In this document: positions 29,313-39,145 of the stretch, piece after piece
How the letters are laid out: each line of letters begins with the position of its first letter
How positions within the stretch are numbered: position 1 is the first letter of the stretch
IMG/VR virus record: IMGVR_UViG_3300017778_004456
Location: 1 to 64,000 of that record
Source: a virus
Direction: 5' to 3' (one strand)
DNA: 64,000 bases
Made by a program: the position numbers and the translations under genes
Notes under the pieces: model-generated
The model's input: the letters and a program-made list of their open reading frames with translations, nothing else
Databases searched by the model: none
What the model was told of the DNA's origin: nothing

Positions 29313-29782
29313 GATATTTCGGAATTAAGTGGGACGCAAGATTCCTACAGCTCGCACAGATTGTTTCGACGTGGTCCAAAGACCCAAGCACGAAAGTCGG
29401 CGCCGTTCTGGTGCGTCCTGACAAGACCATTGCGGCGACCGGTTACAACGGATTCCCAATGGGCTGTTCGGACTCAGACGCGATGTATGAGGATCGTGAC
29501 GAGAAGCTGGGCCGTGTGGTTCACGCTGAACTCAACTGCTGCCTCGCGGCTAACGAGAACTGTACCGGATACACAATCTACATTTATCCGCCGTCTGCGT
29601 TCAAGACTGCGACGTGTGATCGCTGCGCTGCGGCGATCATTCAACGTAAGATTCACAGAGTGGTTTCCTACTACGACATCAACGCAGTCTTCAAGGAATC
29701 CTGGAGACCCTCGTTCGATCGGTCTCTCAGGATGTACCAGGAAGCCGGTGTCCTTGTGGATGCCATTCCGCTGCTGCCCTAA
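29309..29782 (+). CDS. dCMP deaminase
   Basis: WSKDPSTKVGAV, GYNGFP, HAELN, TCDRC zinc motif; GTG overlaps the polymerase stop. Confidence 0.92.
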   Translation: MRYFGIKWDARFLQLAQIVSTWSKDPSTKVGAVLVRPDKTIAATGYNGFPMGCSDSDAMYEDRDEKLGRVVHAELNCCLAANENCTGYTIYIYPPSAFKTATCDRCAAAIIQRKIHRVVSYYDINAVFKESWRPSFDRSLRMYQEAGVLVDAIPLLP

Positions 29783-29807
29783 CCTGCACCCCGCAAAGGA
29801 TACGCCC

Positions 29808-30755
29808 GTGCCAGCTTACGCTGCTTCGCCTGTAAAGAATACGCGCCAGCCCCAAGGGGCGCACCTGCCCCCGTGCGTCCTTATTGTAGACGCAAACAAT
29901 ACGGCGAAAGCCGCCTATCACGTTTCCGGAGAACTGGTCACAGACGCCGGTCACGGAGTCGGCATCACCTATACGATGCTCAACTCACTGAAGACTCTGC
30001 TGTATCATTTCCCGACGGCAACTCAGGTCATTTACTGCTGGGACTCGCGTCCTATCTGGCGGTCGGCTCTCTACCCGGCCTACAAGATGAACCGCGCGTC
30101 ACACCAGCCCGGTCACGTGAAGGATCCTGAGGACAACTGGGAGGAACAGAAGCAGCTCTTTCTGAGATTCCTGGAAGTGCTTCCGGTGACACAGGTTCGC
30201 GGTGAACTTCTGGAGGCCGACGACATCGCCTACTGGCTGTCTCGTAAGGAGCAGCTTCCGGAAGGTCACGTTGCAGTTCTGGTCTCGAACGACAAGGACT
30301 GGTTTCAGCTTATCGGTGACCATCAGGTCCTGTGGCGTCCCTCGTCAGTTATTCCGAAGAAGTTCCTGGATCTCCACAACTACGACCGCGATACTGACTA
30401 TCGCACGCCAGCCGAGATCATACAAGTCAAGGCTATTGCCGGCGACTCTAAGGACAACGTTCACGGCGCCGATGGTATAGGTGAAGGCTCGGTGCTGAAA
30501 TATCTGAACCATCAGCCTATGCAAGAGTTCCGGGAGAAGCGTATCCTTGACTGGATCGACACCGAGCACTACAGGCTCAACCTTAGACTTCTGGACCTCG
30601 ATCAGACACCGAAGGAACTCTTCCACAACATCGAGGTGAATAGAACGCTTTGGGATGAGCGGGCCTTCATGATGCTCTGCCGCGAGCTGGAGTTCTACAC
30701 CATCATGGAACGCTGGGGAGAATTTACTGGCGCGTTTTTGCGTCTAGCACGCTAG
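29808..30755 (+). CDS. 5'-3' exonuclease/flap endonuclease (T4 RNase H-like)
   Basis: LIVDAN, YPAYK.NR, EADDIA, SNDKD, AGDSKDNV.GA.GIG motifs. Confidence 0.9.
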   Translation: MPAYAASPVKNTRQPQGAHLPPCVLIVDANNTAKAAYHVSGELVTDAGHGVGITYTMLNSLKTLLYHFPTATQVIYCWDSRPIWRSALYPAYKMNRASHQPGHVKDPEDNWEEQKQLFLRFLEVLPVTQVRGELLEADDIAYWLSRKEQLPEGHVAVLVSNDKDWFQLIGDHQVLWRPSSVIPKKFLDLHNYDRDTDYRTPAEIIQVKAIAGDSKDNVHGADGIGEGSVLKYLNHQPMQEFREKRILDWIDTEHYRLNLRLLDLDQTPKELFHNIEVNRTLWDERAFMMLCRELEFYTIMERWGEFTGAFLRLAR

Positions 30756-30787
30756 TTGACATAGTTGGTCTATGCTAAGGTTACAGA

Positions 30788-31216
30788 ATGCAAACCTTCC
30801 TTCCATACCCGTGCTTCGCCGAGTCCCTTGCCGCGCTAGATTACCGACGTCTCGGTAAGCAGCGCGTCGAAGCCAAGCAGCTTCTAAACGCGATCCAAGG
30901 TAATTCTAAAGGCTGGGGCAACCATCCCGCTGCGATTATGTGGCGTCAGTATGTTCCCGCGCTTATGGTCTACCATGACCTGTCGATTCACGAGTGGACT
31001 AAGCGCGGCTACAGAAACTCAATGCCGTTCTTCTACGAGCCCGGTTCCGAAGTTACCTGGGATACTCCATGGTGGCTTGGCGATCCAGACTTTCACGCTT
31101 CGCACCGTAGCAATCTCCTGCGTAAATACGCGGTACACTACGGACAATTTAATTGGTCAGAGTCTCCCAATCTCGAGTACATCTGGCCTTCGGAGTACCC
31201 GCCCAATGGATCTTAA
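30788..31216 (+). CDS. pyrimidine-dimer DNA glycosylase-like protein (MSMEG_6728 family)
   Basis: MQTFLPY...LDYRRLGKQRVEAKQ...NHPAAIMW...PWWLG...SHRSNLLRK. Confidence 0.85.
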   Translation: MQTFLPYPCFAESLAALDYRRLGKQRVEAKQLLNAIQGNSKGWGNHPAAIMWRQYVPALMVYHDLSIHEWTKRGYRNSMPFFYEPGSEVTWDTPWWLGDPDFHASHRSNLLRKYAVHYGQFNWSESPNLEYIWPSEYPPNGS

Positions 31217-32480
31217 TCCACAACAGGAAGCCGCTATCCGGAAAGCCGAAGAGTGGTGGAAATCTCCAGCTCGCTACAAGCGACCATTCATCCTCTCTGG
31301 TTACGCCGGAACGGGTAAGACCACGATCGCCTTCGAAATCGTTCGTCGGCTGGGCATCAACCCCGTCCTATGCGCCCCGACAGGTAAGGCTGCGAAGGTT
31401 CTGGAACTCAAGATTGGTCAGGAAACTCACACCCTTCATAAGTTCTTCTACCGCCCGCGTCAGGGCCGTATCGAGTCCTTGTCCAACAAGTTGGCCGGTC
31501 TGGTCACTGCCGAGGAAACCGGCGTCTACAAGGTCAGCAGCGAGGATCGTGACTACTCTGACAGTGGCGGAGACCCGCAGGGTGAGCCCGTTCGCGACTT
31601 TGAATCGCTTCACGCCGAGATCGAGGAACTGATCGAGCAGATCCGGGCCATCAAGGACTCCAAGGCGGAGTTTGATCTGGTCAGCAACAAGGAGCTCTCT
31701 CAATACGACGCTATCTTCATTGACGAAGCTTCCATGGTCGATGAGAAGATGCGTGCAGACTTGGAGACCGTTGGTCTGCCAATCATTATCAGCTTCGACC
31801 CTTTCCAGCTTCCTCCTGTCGGCGGCAAGGGAGGTTGGAATGAAGACGAACCAGACGCCCTCCTGACCCAAATTATGCGTCAGGGTGATGGATCGCACAT
31901 CGTTCACGTTGCTCACTCTATCCGTACCGATGGTCAAGCCAAGGGTATCGACGGCAAGGACGTGATGCTTATCCCCAGAAGGGAACTGGCACTCTTCCAG
32001 ATTCTAGACTTCGACCTGATCCTGTGTGGCACGAACCGCACTCGACGGGAGTTCAACGCCAAGATTCGCTCCGCCCGCGGATTTGAGCGCCAAGGGGCTG
32101 ACCCCCAACCGGGTGAGAGACTTATCTGCCTCCGGAATAACTATCAGGACAACGTTCGCAACGGAGAGCTCTTCACTTGTCGGAGCTCGAAGGTGGTCAG
32201 CAACGGCAGGATCCTAGAGCTGGAGGTAGAGGACGATCAGGGTGACATGCGGAAGCTGCGGTCCTGGAGAGCTTTGTTCACTGACGATTCCAACACGGCG
32301 GAGGTTCCGAGAGGTCTCAACGCCTTCACGTGGGGATACGTCCTGACAGTTCACAAGGCGCAGGGATCCGAAGGTGAACGGGTGGCTATTCTGGACGACT
32401 GGAAGAACGTAGAAAATCGTCAACAGTGGCTCTACACCGCGCTGACTCGCGCCCGAACACATGTGAGAATTTACCAGTGA
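31206..32480 (+). CDS. SF1B helicase (Dda/RecD-like)
   Basis: GYAGTGKT, APTGKAA, IDEASMV, DPFQLPPV, TVHKAQGSE, LYTALTRA. Confidence 0.92.
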   Translation: MDLNPQQEAAIRKAEEWWKSPARYKRPFILSGYAGTGKTTIAFEIVRRLGINPVLCAPTGKAAKVLELKIGQETHTLHKFFYRPRQGRIESLSNKLAGLVTAEETGVYKVSSEDRDYSDSGGDPQGEPVRDFESLHAEIEELIEQIRAIKDSKAEFDLVSNKELSQYDAIFIDEASMVDEKMRADLETVGLPIIISFDPFQLPPVGGKGGWNEDEPDALLTQIMRQGDGSHIVHVAHSIRTDGQAKGIDGKDVMLIPRRELALFQILDFDLILCGTNRTRREFNAKIRSARGFERQGADPQPGERLICLRNNYQDNVRNGELFTCRSSKVVSNGRILELEVEDDQGDMRKLRSWRALFTDDSNTAEVPRGLNAFTWGYVLTVHKAQGSEGERVAILDDWKNVENRQQWLYTALTRARTHVRIYQ

Positions 32481-32920
32481 AGAAGTGGCTTATCGGACAA
32501 CAGCCGAACCGCAACGTACCGTCAGAAGCATTGTCCGCTGACGATCCCATTTGGGCCGGGGCTCGCCTCGCCAAGCTGTCAGGAATGACCCCGGAGGAAT
32601 ACCACAAGCATTTTGAGCGCCGCAACGTCAACTATCTGATGGAAGCTCAGTTCAAAGCCGACCGCCTCGCGAAGATTCGCGCCTACAACCTCTCGAAGAA
32701 GTTCGAGTCCGGTGACATCGTGATATTCATGGGGCGCACAGTCTGTGACTGTTTCGGATTGAACTCAGACCGTCTATTCCAGTTCTACGAGACTAACTCG
32801 GGATGGCTTTACGCCACGATTCATCACCCCTCCAATCGAAACCGCTGGTGGAACATTGAGGAGAACGTTGAGTTCGCTCGTGAGTTCATGGCGTCGGTAG
32901 TCGCTTACGACAATGCTTGA
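32477..32920 (+). CDS. uracil-DNA glycosylase superfamily-like protein
   Basis: N-terminal LIGQQP (motif A-like) and HHPS.RNRWWN (motif B-like); GTG overlaps the upstream stop. Confidence 0.55.
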   Translation: MKKWLIGQQPNRNVPSEALSADDPIWAGARLAKLSGMTPEEYHKHFERRNVNYLMEAQFKADRLAKIRAYNLSKKFESGDIVIFMGRTVCDCFGLNSDRLFQFYETNSGWLYATIHHPSNRNRWWNIEENVEFAREFMASVVAYDNA

Positions 32921-32988
32921 TAGATTATAGACTGATTTCGTTCTCAAGTAGATTCACGTAGTGTAGTATCTTCCTAGAGGAGGTACTA

Positions 32989-33576
32989 TTGCGTGCTCTT
33001 ATTTTTGATACTGAAACTGTCGGTCTCGTGCAGCGCAGTTTACCTCCCAGTCATCCTTCGCAACCTGATGTAGTTCAGCTCGCGGCGGCCTTGGTCGATG
33101 AGAAGGGCGAAATCCGTGCCCGCTTCTGCACGTTGGTTATCCCAACTGTTGCCATCCATCCCAAAGCCCAAGAGATTCACGGTATCTCCCGCGAGCTGAC
33201 TGAACGCTACGGGGTCACGCGTCGCTCCGCCCTTCAGAGTTTCCACGCTCTGGTTAAGCAGGCGGACTTCTTCGTAGCCCACAACCTCGCATTTGATGCT
33301 CAGGTCATGCAGACCATGTATCACCGCGAGGGTGTGGGTGATCCGCCTAGCTTCAAGAACGGATACTGCACGATGCTCAACTCAGTTGAGACTTGCCGCA
33401 TACCGCACCCGAATGGTAGGAGTGGATACAAGTGGCCCAAACTCATTGAGGCCTATGAGATTCTAGTTGACCCGAAAGGATTCGCCGGTGCCCACGACGC
33501 CCTTGCCGACGTCATTGCCTGTTACGAGGTCTTCAAACGACTCCGAGCCCTACCCGGATACTCTGGTCCTACGTAG
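32989..33576 (+). CDS. DEDDh 3'-5' exonuclease (DnaQ-like)
   Basis: IFDTET, VAHNLAFD, AHDALADV. Confidence 0.9.
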   Translation: MRALIFDTETVGLVQRSLPPSHPSQPDVVQLAAALVDEKGEIRARFCTLVIPTVAIHPKAQEIHGISRELTERYGVTRRSALQSFHALVKQADFFVAHNLAFDAQVMQTMYHREGVGDPPSFKNGYCTMLNSVETCRIPHPNGRSGYKWPKLIEAYEILVDPKGFAGAHDALADVIACYEVFKRLRALPGYSGPT

Positions 33577-34072
33577 TCCTCAGTTCGCGCAGGCTTTTGT
33601 CTATCACTACATGACCTGTAGTGATGGGACGAAGGCTATGGCAAGAGCGTGGGTCGACACGACCGGTAGCCTTCTGGATGATGAGCGCGCCGAGAACATG
33701 GCGGCGGAGTACATGCTCACGCCAGCTTTCCGGAATACACTAGCCGACGCTCGCTCCAGCATGAAGCGTCCGTACCAAGCTCGTTTGGAAGAACACATCG
33801 AGCAACTGGCGCTGATTCGCGACGCAGCCCTAGGAGCTGAGAAGTTCTCGGCAGCAGTTTCCGCAGAGATCGCTCGCGGCAAGGTTCAGCGATTCTACGA
33901 CCCGCCCAAGGATGACAGCGATCCCCTCAAGGACGGCGACCTAAAGAAGCTCGGTGATGAAGACCTTCGGAAGAAGGCTTCTGAGATCATCGCAAGGCGC
34001 AAGCTGAGCGCAGAATCTGTGAGTATGCCAAGTGTTGAAGGAGCTTTCAGCGGAAGACCTACTGACGAGTGA
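33467..34072 (+). CDS. terminase small subunit (start uncertain)
   Basis: RDAALGAEKFSAAVSAEIARGK pattern, directly upstream of the large terminase. Confidence 0.65.
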   Translation: MTRKDSPVPTTPLPTSLPVTRSSNDSEPYPDTLVLRSPQFAQAFVYHYMTCSDGTKAMARAWVDTTGSLLDDERAENMAAEYMLTPAFRNTLADARSSMKRPYQARLEEHIEQLALIRDAALGAEKFSAAVSAEIARGKVQRFYDPPKDDSDPLKDGDLKKLGDEDLRKKASEIIARRKLSAESVSMPSVEGAFSGRPTDE

Positions 34073-35489
34073 GGAAGAAACCGAGGAGGAGATTCTTCGG
34101 GAGTATGTCGCACGTCAAGAAGGTCGAGAGTCCCTCGCGGGATACACCCGGTACGTCCTGGGTCTGGAGCCGGCTAAGCATCATCTACTATTCTGCTCAG
34201 CCCTGGATCGTGTCATCAGCGGCGAGTCTCGGCGCCTGATCATCTCAGCTCCGCCGGGTAGCGCGAAATCAACCTACGCCAGCGTTGCTCTTCCCGCATA
34301 CGCTCTTGCGAAGCTGCCCAAGGGTGAACGATTCGTATCGGCTTCGTACTCCAAGGAACTTGCTCTGGAGCAGGGTCGCAAGGTCCGCAATCTTATTGAC
34401 TCGGAGGAGCACAGCATACTCTTTCCTGACAGCATTGTCAGCGCGAACGATCGATCCGCAAACCGTTTCTCTACTACGAAGGGAACAGCCTACTACTCCA
34501 CAGGCGTCGGCGGTTCTATCACCGGAAAGCGCGCGACGATTTTGTCAATGGACGACTTGATCAAGGGACGCCAGCAGGCGGACTCCAAAGGTGAGCGGGA
34601 GAAGGTCTGGAGCTGGTACCTCTCGGACGCCTTCACGCGACTCTTCCCACATGGCCGGATTGTGTTCATCATGACACGCTGGCACGAGGAAGACCCCATT
34701 GGTAAGATCTTGGATCAGGCGCAGAAGTCCGGAGAACAGTGGGAGTACATTCGGATCGAGGCGCTCTGTGACAACCCGGCGGAAGATCCGTTGGGCCGCA
34801 AGCTGGGAGAACCCTACTGGCCCGAATGGGAATCCAAAGAGTCGCTGCTCTCCAAGAAGGAAGGTATCGGTCCTCGTGAGTGGGCTTGTCTGTACCAGCA
34901 ACGTCCCTCACCGCAGGAGGGAACTCAGGTCCTACGGAGTTGGTTTAAGAAGTTCAAGCCCAACGATCTGGAAGGCGTACCGCTGATCTTCTACGATAGC
35001 TACGACACCGCATCCAAAATTGAGCAACGTAACGACCCGACCGTGCGTCTCCGCTTCGCTGTGGATCCTACCGGCAACGTCTACCTGTGGGAAATCGAAA
35101 AGAAGAAGGTCGAGTTTACAGATCTGGTGAAGCTGTTCTCCGCAGCCGCTGTGAGGAGAACTCGCGGTCAGACAATCTCCTCCAGCCTGATCGAGGACAA
35201 GGGTACGGGAACGTCGCTCATCCAGAGTGTCAAGAAGTCACACAATGTGATTCCCTGTACCCCGGAGTCAGAGGGTGACAAAGCCTTCCGATTCGAGGCA
35301 GCTTCGGACTTCTTCGAGGCAGGTCGCTTCTACTACAACTCCGAAGACCCTCTCGCCGCAGACTACATCGAGGAACTTGTGACGTTCCCAGGTGGAAAGC
35401 ACGACGACATGGTGGATGCGACCTCGCAGTTCATCTCCTGGGTCAAGAAGAAAGCTGGTCGCCGCGGTTCCGGCAAACTTCGTCACTAA
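34032..35489 (+). CDS. terL: terminase large subunit
   Basis: SAPPGSAKS Walker A, MDDLIK, MTRWHEED, LYQQRP, YDTA, IEDK, FPGGKHDDMVDA. Confidence 0.95.
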   Translation: MLKELSAEDLLTSEEETEEEILREYVARQEGRESLAGYTRYVLGLEPAKHHLLFCSALDRVISGESRRLIISAPPGSAKSTYASVALPAYALAKLPKGERFVSASYSKELALEQGRKVRNLIDSEEHSILFPDSIVSANDRSANRFSTTKGTAYYSTGVGGSITGKRATILSMDDLIKGRQQADSKGEREKVWSWYLSDAFTRLFPHGRIVFIMTRWHEEDPIGKILDQAQKSGEQWEYIRIEALCDNPAEDPLGRKLGEPYWPEWESKESLLSKKEGIGPREWACLYQQRPSPQEGTQVLRSWFKKFKPNDLEGVPLIFYDSYDTASKIEQRNDPTVRLRFAVDPTGNVYLWEIEKKKVEFTDLVKLFSAAAVRRTRGQTISSSLIEDKGTGTSLIQSVKKSHNVIPCTPESEGDKAFRFEAASDFFEAGRFYYNSEDPLAADYIEELVTFPGGKHDDMVDATSQFISWVKKKAGRRGSGKLRH

Positions 35490-35645
35490 CCGACCGCTGT
35501 GGCGTGGCGCGCGGTGCAGCTAACCCCGGCAGGCTTTAGCCCCGAAAACGCGTATGGGCGCTCGTAGGGCTCCTATGGGCATTCTGCGCCGCCCCTAGTA
35601 GGTTGCCAGCTTGCCCCACACTAATTGAGTAGGTTTCTCAGTATC

Positions 35646-37577
35646 ATGCAACACTTCCCCGATGGGACCACCGCGTTCCAGCAGATTATCCATCAGTCCA
35701 AGTACGCGAGGTTCCTTCACGATAAGGGTCGCCGGGAGTTCTGGCCGGAGACCGTGGATCGCGTCGTGAATTTCTACAAGCAGCACGTCACGGATGAGCT
35801 TCACGTGGAGATCCCCGATTCCAAGTGGGAAGAGATCCGCAAGGCCATCTGGAACATGGACGTGTTCCCTTCGATGCGCGCAATGATGACGGCCGGACCT
35901 GCGCTGGCGAAAGACAACGTCGCAGCCTTCAACTGCTCGTACATCCCAATCCGTGACACCCGCTCGTACGCCGAGATGATGTACATCCTGATGTGCGGAA
36001 CCGGAGTCGGCTACACGGTGGAACGCCAGGACGTCAAGAACCTGCCCGAGGTCCCGGCTGAGCTGACCAAGCGCGGCGACATCTGCATCGAGGTTCAGGA
36101 CTCCAAGATCGGCTGGGCGGATTCGCTCATGAAACTCCTGGATCACCTCTACATGGGATACATCCCGCTGTGGGATACCATGAAGCTTCGTCCGAAGGGT
36201 GCCATCCTGAAGACGTTCGGCGGCAGGGCTTCTGGACCCGGTCCCCTGGAAGATCTCTTCCGCTTCATCGTTGAATCTTTCAAGAACGCTCAGGGTCGCC
36301 GGCTCACGTCTCTGGAATGCCACGACATCGCCTGCAAGGTTGCGGACGCAGTAGTCAGCGGCGGCGTTCGCCGTTCTGCTCTCATCTGCCTGTCCAACTT
36401 GTCTGACAATCGTATGCGCGACGCCAAGGTTGGCGAGTTCTGGCTCAACAATCCCCAGCGGTCAAACGCCAACAACTCGGCGGCCTATACGGAGAAGCCC
36501 GAAGTTTCGCACTTCATGCAAGAGTGGTTGTCGATCTTCCAGTCCGGCACCGGCGAGCGCGGCATTTTCAATCGTGAGGGTGCCAAGAAGAAAGTTCGCA
36601 GTCTCCCCGGTCGTGATGCCAACCATGAGTTCGGAACGAATCCTTGCGGCGAGATCATCCTCCGCCCGTACGAGTTCTGCAACTTGTGTGAGATCGTTGT
36701 CCGACCCTGGGACACGTTGGAGTCGCTCAGCAAGAAGGTGGAGATCGCCACCATCCTCGGGACGATTCAGTCGACGTTCACCAACTTCCGGTTCATTCGT
36801 CCTGAGTGGAAGAAGAACTGCGATGAGGAGCGGCTTCTGGGAATCGGTCTCACCGGTATCTTCGATCATGCCGTTCTCTCTACCGTGTGCGACGATGCCA
36901 AGGTCTGGCTCACCCAGCTTCGGAACAAAGCGCGTCACGTCAACGGCAAGTACGCTCGCAAGTTCAACATCAACTCCTCGGTCGCTATCACGTGCATCAA
37001 GCCGTCGGGTACCGCGTCGAAGCTCGCCAAGTGTCCCAGCGGGATTCATCCCCAGCGCGGTCAATACGTGACGATTCGCATCCGGTCTGACAACAAGGAT
37101 CCGATGACGCAGTTCCTCAAAGACCAAGGCGTATACTGGGAGCCTGAGGTCGGCAAGGAAGAGACGATGACCGTCTTTAGCTTTCCGGAGGCGGCTGCGC
37201 CGGGAGCGGCAACCGAAGAGACTCTCAAAGCTCGGGATCACTTCCAGCTCATCCAGATGTACAATCTGTACTGGGCGGATCACAATACGAGCTGCACTAT
37301 CAAGCTCGCTGATCACGAGTGGCCGGGTGTCGGCGCTGACGTCTGGGATAACTGGGACAACATTACGGGGATGGCGTTCCTCCCTCGTAGCGGCGGGTCC
37401 TACATCCAAGCTCCTCAGGAGATCGTCGACAAGCAAACGCATGACGAACTCCTGTCGATCACGCCGACTTCGATCAACTGGAACAACCTCGAACTCTACG
37501 AGAAGGGTGAAGATCACGTCAAGTCTGCGAAAGATCTTGCCTGTGTCGCCGGGGCGTGTGTGCTAGCCGAGATCTAG
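35646..37577 (+). CDS. nrdJ: class II (B12-dependent) ribonucleotide reductase
   Basis: PSMRAM, FNCSY, GGVRRSA, GTNPCGEI, CIKPSGT, C-terminal CVAGAC; no small subunit gene nearby. Confidence 0.92.
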   Translation: MQHFPDGTTAFQQIIHQSKYARFLHDKGRREFWPETVDRVVNFYKQHVTDELHVEIPDSKWEEIRKAIWNMDVFPSMRAMMTAGPALAKDNVAAFNCSYIPIRDTRSYAEMMYILMCGTGVGYTVERQDVKNLPEVPAELTKRGDICIEVQDSKIGWADSLMKLLDHLYMGYIPLWDTMKLRPKGAILKTFGGRASGPGPLEDLFRFIVESFKNAQGRRLTSLECHDIACKVADAVVSGGVRRSALICLSNLSDNRMRDAKVGEFWLNNPQRSNANNSAAYTEKPEVSHFMQEWLSIFQSGTGERGIFNREGAKKKVRSLPGRDANHEFGTNPCGEIILRPYEFCNLCEIVVRPWDTLESLSKKVEIATILGTIQSTFTNFRFIRPEWKKNCDEERLLGIGLTGIFDHAVLSTVCDDAKVWLTQLRNKARHVNGKYARKFNINSSVAITCIKPSGTASKLAKCPSGIHPQRGQYVTIRIRSDNKDPMTQFLKDQGVYWEPEVGKEETMTVFSFPEAAAPGAATEETLKARDHFQLIQMYNLYWADHNTSCTIKLADHEWPGVGADVWDNWDNITGMAFLPRSGGSYIQAPQEIVDKQTHDELLSITPTSINWNNLELYEKGEDHVKSAKDLACVAGACVLAEI

Positions 37578-37594
37578 TACAGAGACTTTTCATG

Positions 37595-37646
37595 TCTGGC
37601 AGGTTAGATGTATTAGTGATAATTCATCTAACCTGCCAGAGTTTTT
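37595..37646 (+). terminator. intrinsic terminator after nrdJ
   Basis: 16 bp perfect stem TCTGGCAGGTTAGATG/CATCTAACCTGCCAGA followed by GTTTTT. Confidence 0.7.
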
Positions 37647-37648
37647 CT

Positions 37649-38044
37649 ATGACCGATCTCACGAAGTTTGAGACTCTGATCTTAGAAAGGATGGACTCAC
37701 AGGTTGAGTTTTTATCCAATCTGAAGGATTCATTGTCAGGTTTTGACAAACGACTAGCTGTCCTCGAAAGTCGAACAGAGAATCTTGTAAACATGAACGA
37801 GCGAGTCCATAAACTCGAACTTCAGTTGACCGAGATTAAAGCTGATTTTAGAGTTGGTCAGTTGGACAGAACTAAGATTGAAGAGTTTGCCAAGAGACTC
37901 GACAACCTCGAAAAGTCAGCAGGCGTGGACTCTGGAAAACGTAAGATCATCCTCGACATTGTCAAGTGGGCTATTCCATCAGCTGCGACGATAATTTCAA
38001 TTGCCGCCCTGCTGCTAGGGCTTGCCCGCGATGCCACAAATTGA
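37649..38044 (+). CDS. coiled-coil protein with C-terminal TM helix
   Basis: Heptad repeats followed by IVKWAIPSAATIISIAALLLGL. Confidence 0.65.
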   Translation: MTDLTKFETLILERMDSQVEFLSNLKDSLSGFDKRLAVLESRTENLVNMNERVHKLELQLTEIKADFRVGQLDRTKIEEFAKRLDNLEKSAGVDSGKRKIILDIVKWAIPSAATIISIAALLLGLARDATN

Positions 38045-38045
38045 G

Positions 38046-38083
38046 CAAAAGGAAGCCCGCCTAGCGGGTTTCGCTGGCGGGCC
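38046..38083. terminator. hairpin between convergent transcription units
   Basis: GCCCGCC...GGCGGGC stem preceded by an A-run, at the +/- convergence. Confidence 0.5.
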
Positions 38084-38138
38084 GGTAGGTGGGTGGCTTG
38101 GGTTATTTCCGCTTACCAGCGGGCGTCCTAGGCGTCTG

Positions 38139-38681
38139 TTACCAACGCCTCTTTCCATTGACCTCAGGTGCTGCGTCAGTTCTTCCTAGGACGTAGTCCG
38201 GCCTCCGTTGGGAGTTCGGAGGACAGATCGCCAGGATCACCCAGCCGTGATCTAGAGCTTCCTGAAGATCATCTGTACAAGCGTCTTCCATGACCTTCAC
38301 GAACTTGATACCCATGAGCGTGAAGTTCGCCATGTGAATTACGACGTCGGCGCCGTAGCGATATTTCTCACCTTCGTCGATGTCGCTTGCCTTGGTTCCG
38401 AGTGCCTTCGCGAGACCAGCGAGTCGGTCCTTCAGCTTGGTTTTCATTAAGTAGGGGTTCGCCGGCTCAATATTGATCTCGATGTTCGCGTCGAGGATTG
38501 CCAGGAGTCGCGTGTGGTCGACGATCACCTCTACCTGGAGATCGTATTCCCGAGTTGGTTTCTCCTCTGGAAGCTCTGGAAGAATCTTGCGAAGATCATC
38601 CCAGAGGCTGGGGTCTTCGGCTTTCCAGATCTTCCTGAGATCTCCTTTGCTTCCGTAGTAGTTAGTCGTGATCTTGAACAT
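38139..38681 (-). CDS. hypothetical protein
   Basis: 180 aa ORF with AAAGGA RBS; LDHGWVILAICP...RPDYVLGR. Confidence 0.7.
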   Translation of the reverse strand: MFKITTNYYGSKGDLRKIWKAEDPSLWDDLRKILPELPEEKPTREYDLQVEVIVDHTRLLAILDANIEINIEPANPYLMKTKLKDRLAGLAKALGTKASDIDEGEKYRYGADVVIHMANFTLMGIKFVKVMEDACTDDLQEALDHGWVILAICPPNSQRRPDYVLGRTDAAPEVNGKRRW

Positions 38682-38934
38682 AGTGTTCCTTTCCTGACTT
38701 CACCTCCAGTATAGAGTCGGCCGGAATGTTCCGGTACGCTCCGACCTGCATGTCATAGACCGTAACGAGTCCGTGGTCGGCCGGATCATACCTGGGATTC
38801 GGGTCTCTGGAGAGTCCCTTGTGAACGCCCATGCGACAAATCATCACGCGCTCCAGTCCGGTGGTTCGCTTGATGAAACGAACCTTAGCGATCTTGCCGC
38901 TCCGGAGCATCTTGTGGAGTTTCTCAATATTCAT
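38662..38934 (-). CDS. SH3-like beta-barrel (WYL_2/DUF2693-like) protein
   Basis: VRFIKRTTGLERVM...VYDMQVGAYRNIP pattern. Confidence 0.6.
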   Translation of the reverse strand: MNIEKLHKMLRSGKIAKVRFIKRTTGLERVMICRMGVHKGLSRDPNPRYDPADHGLVTVYDMQVGAYRNIPADSILEVKSGKEHYVQDHD

Positions 38935-39145
38935 TTAAGATCCCATCGCAGAAGAAGTGGACCCGAAGAGGCTTCAGCGCTTTCTCGTCCATATCTAGTT
39001 GGACGATGTATCGGTGCTTCTTCCCCTTTGGGATCAAATTGCTGCAGAAGTCACAGCGATGATTCTTACCAGCCACGGGAGTCGTGTCCCGAAGCGTGAG
39101 GATGTTCGGTCCCTCGTTCTCCCAGAATGGCCGGTAATCACGCAT
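38924..39145 (-). CDS. small zinc-finger protein
   Basis: HRCDFC..LIPKG...HFFC. Confidence 0.6.
   Translation of the reverse strand: MRDYRPFWENEGPNILTLRDTTPVAGKNHRCDFCSNLIPKGKKHRYIVQLDMDEKALKPLRVHFFCDGILNEY

Noticed and set aside
22395-37517. Long antisense ORFs (22395..23432, 24344..25186, 28041..28922, 36462..37517)
   Set aside because: These are shadow frames of codon-biased sense genes with no recognisable motifs.
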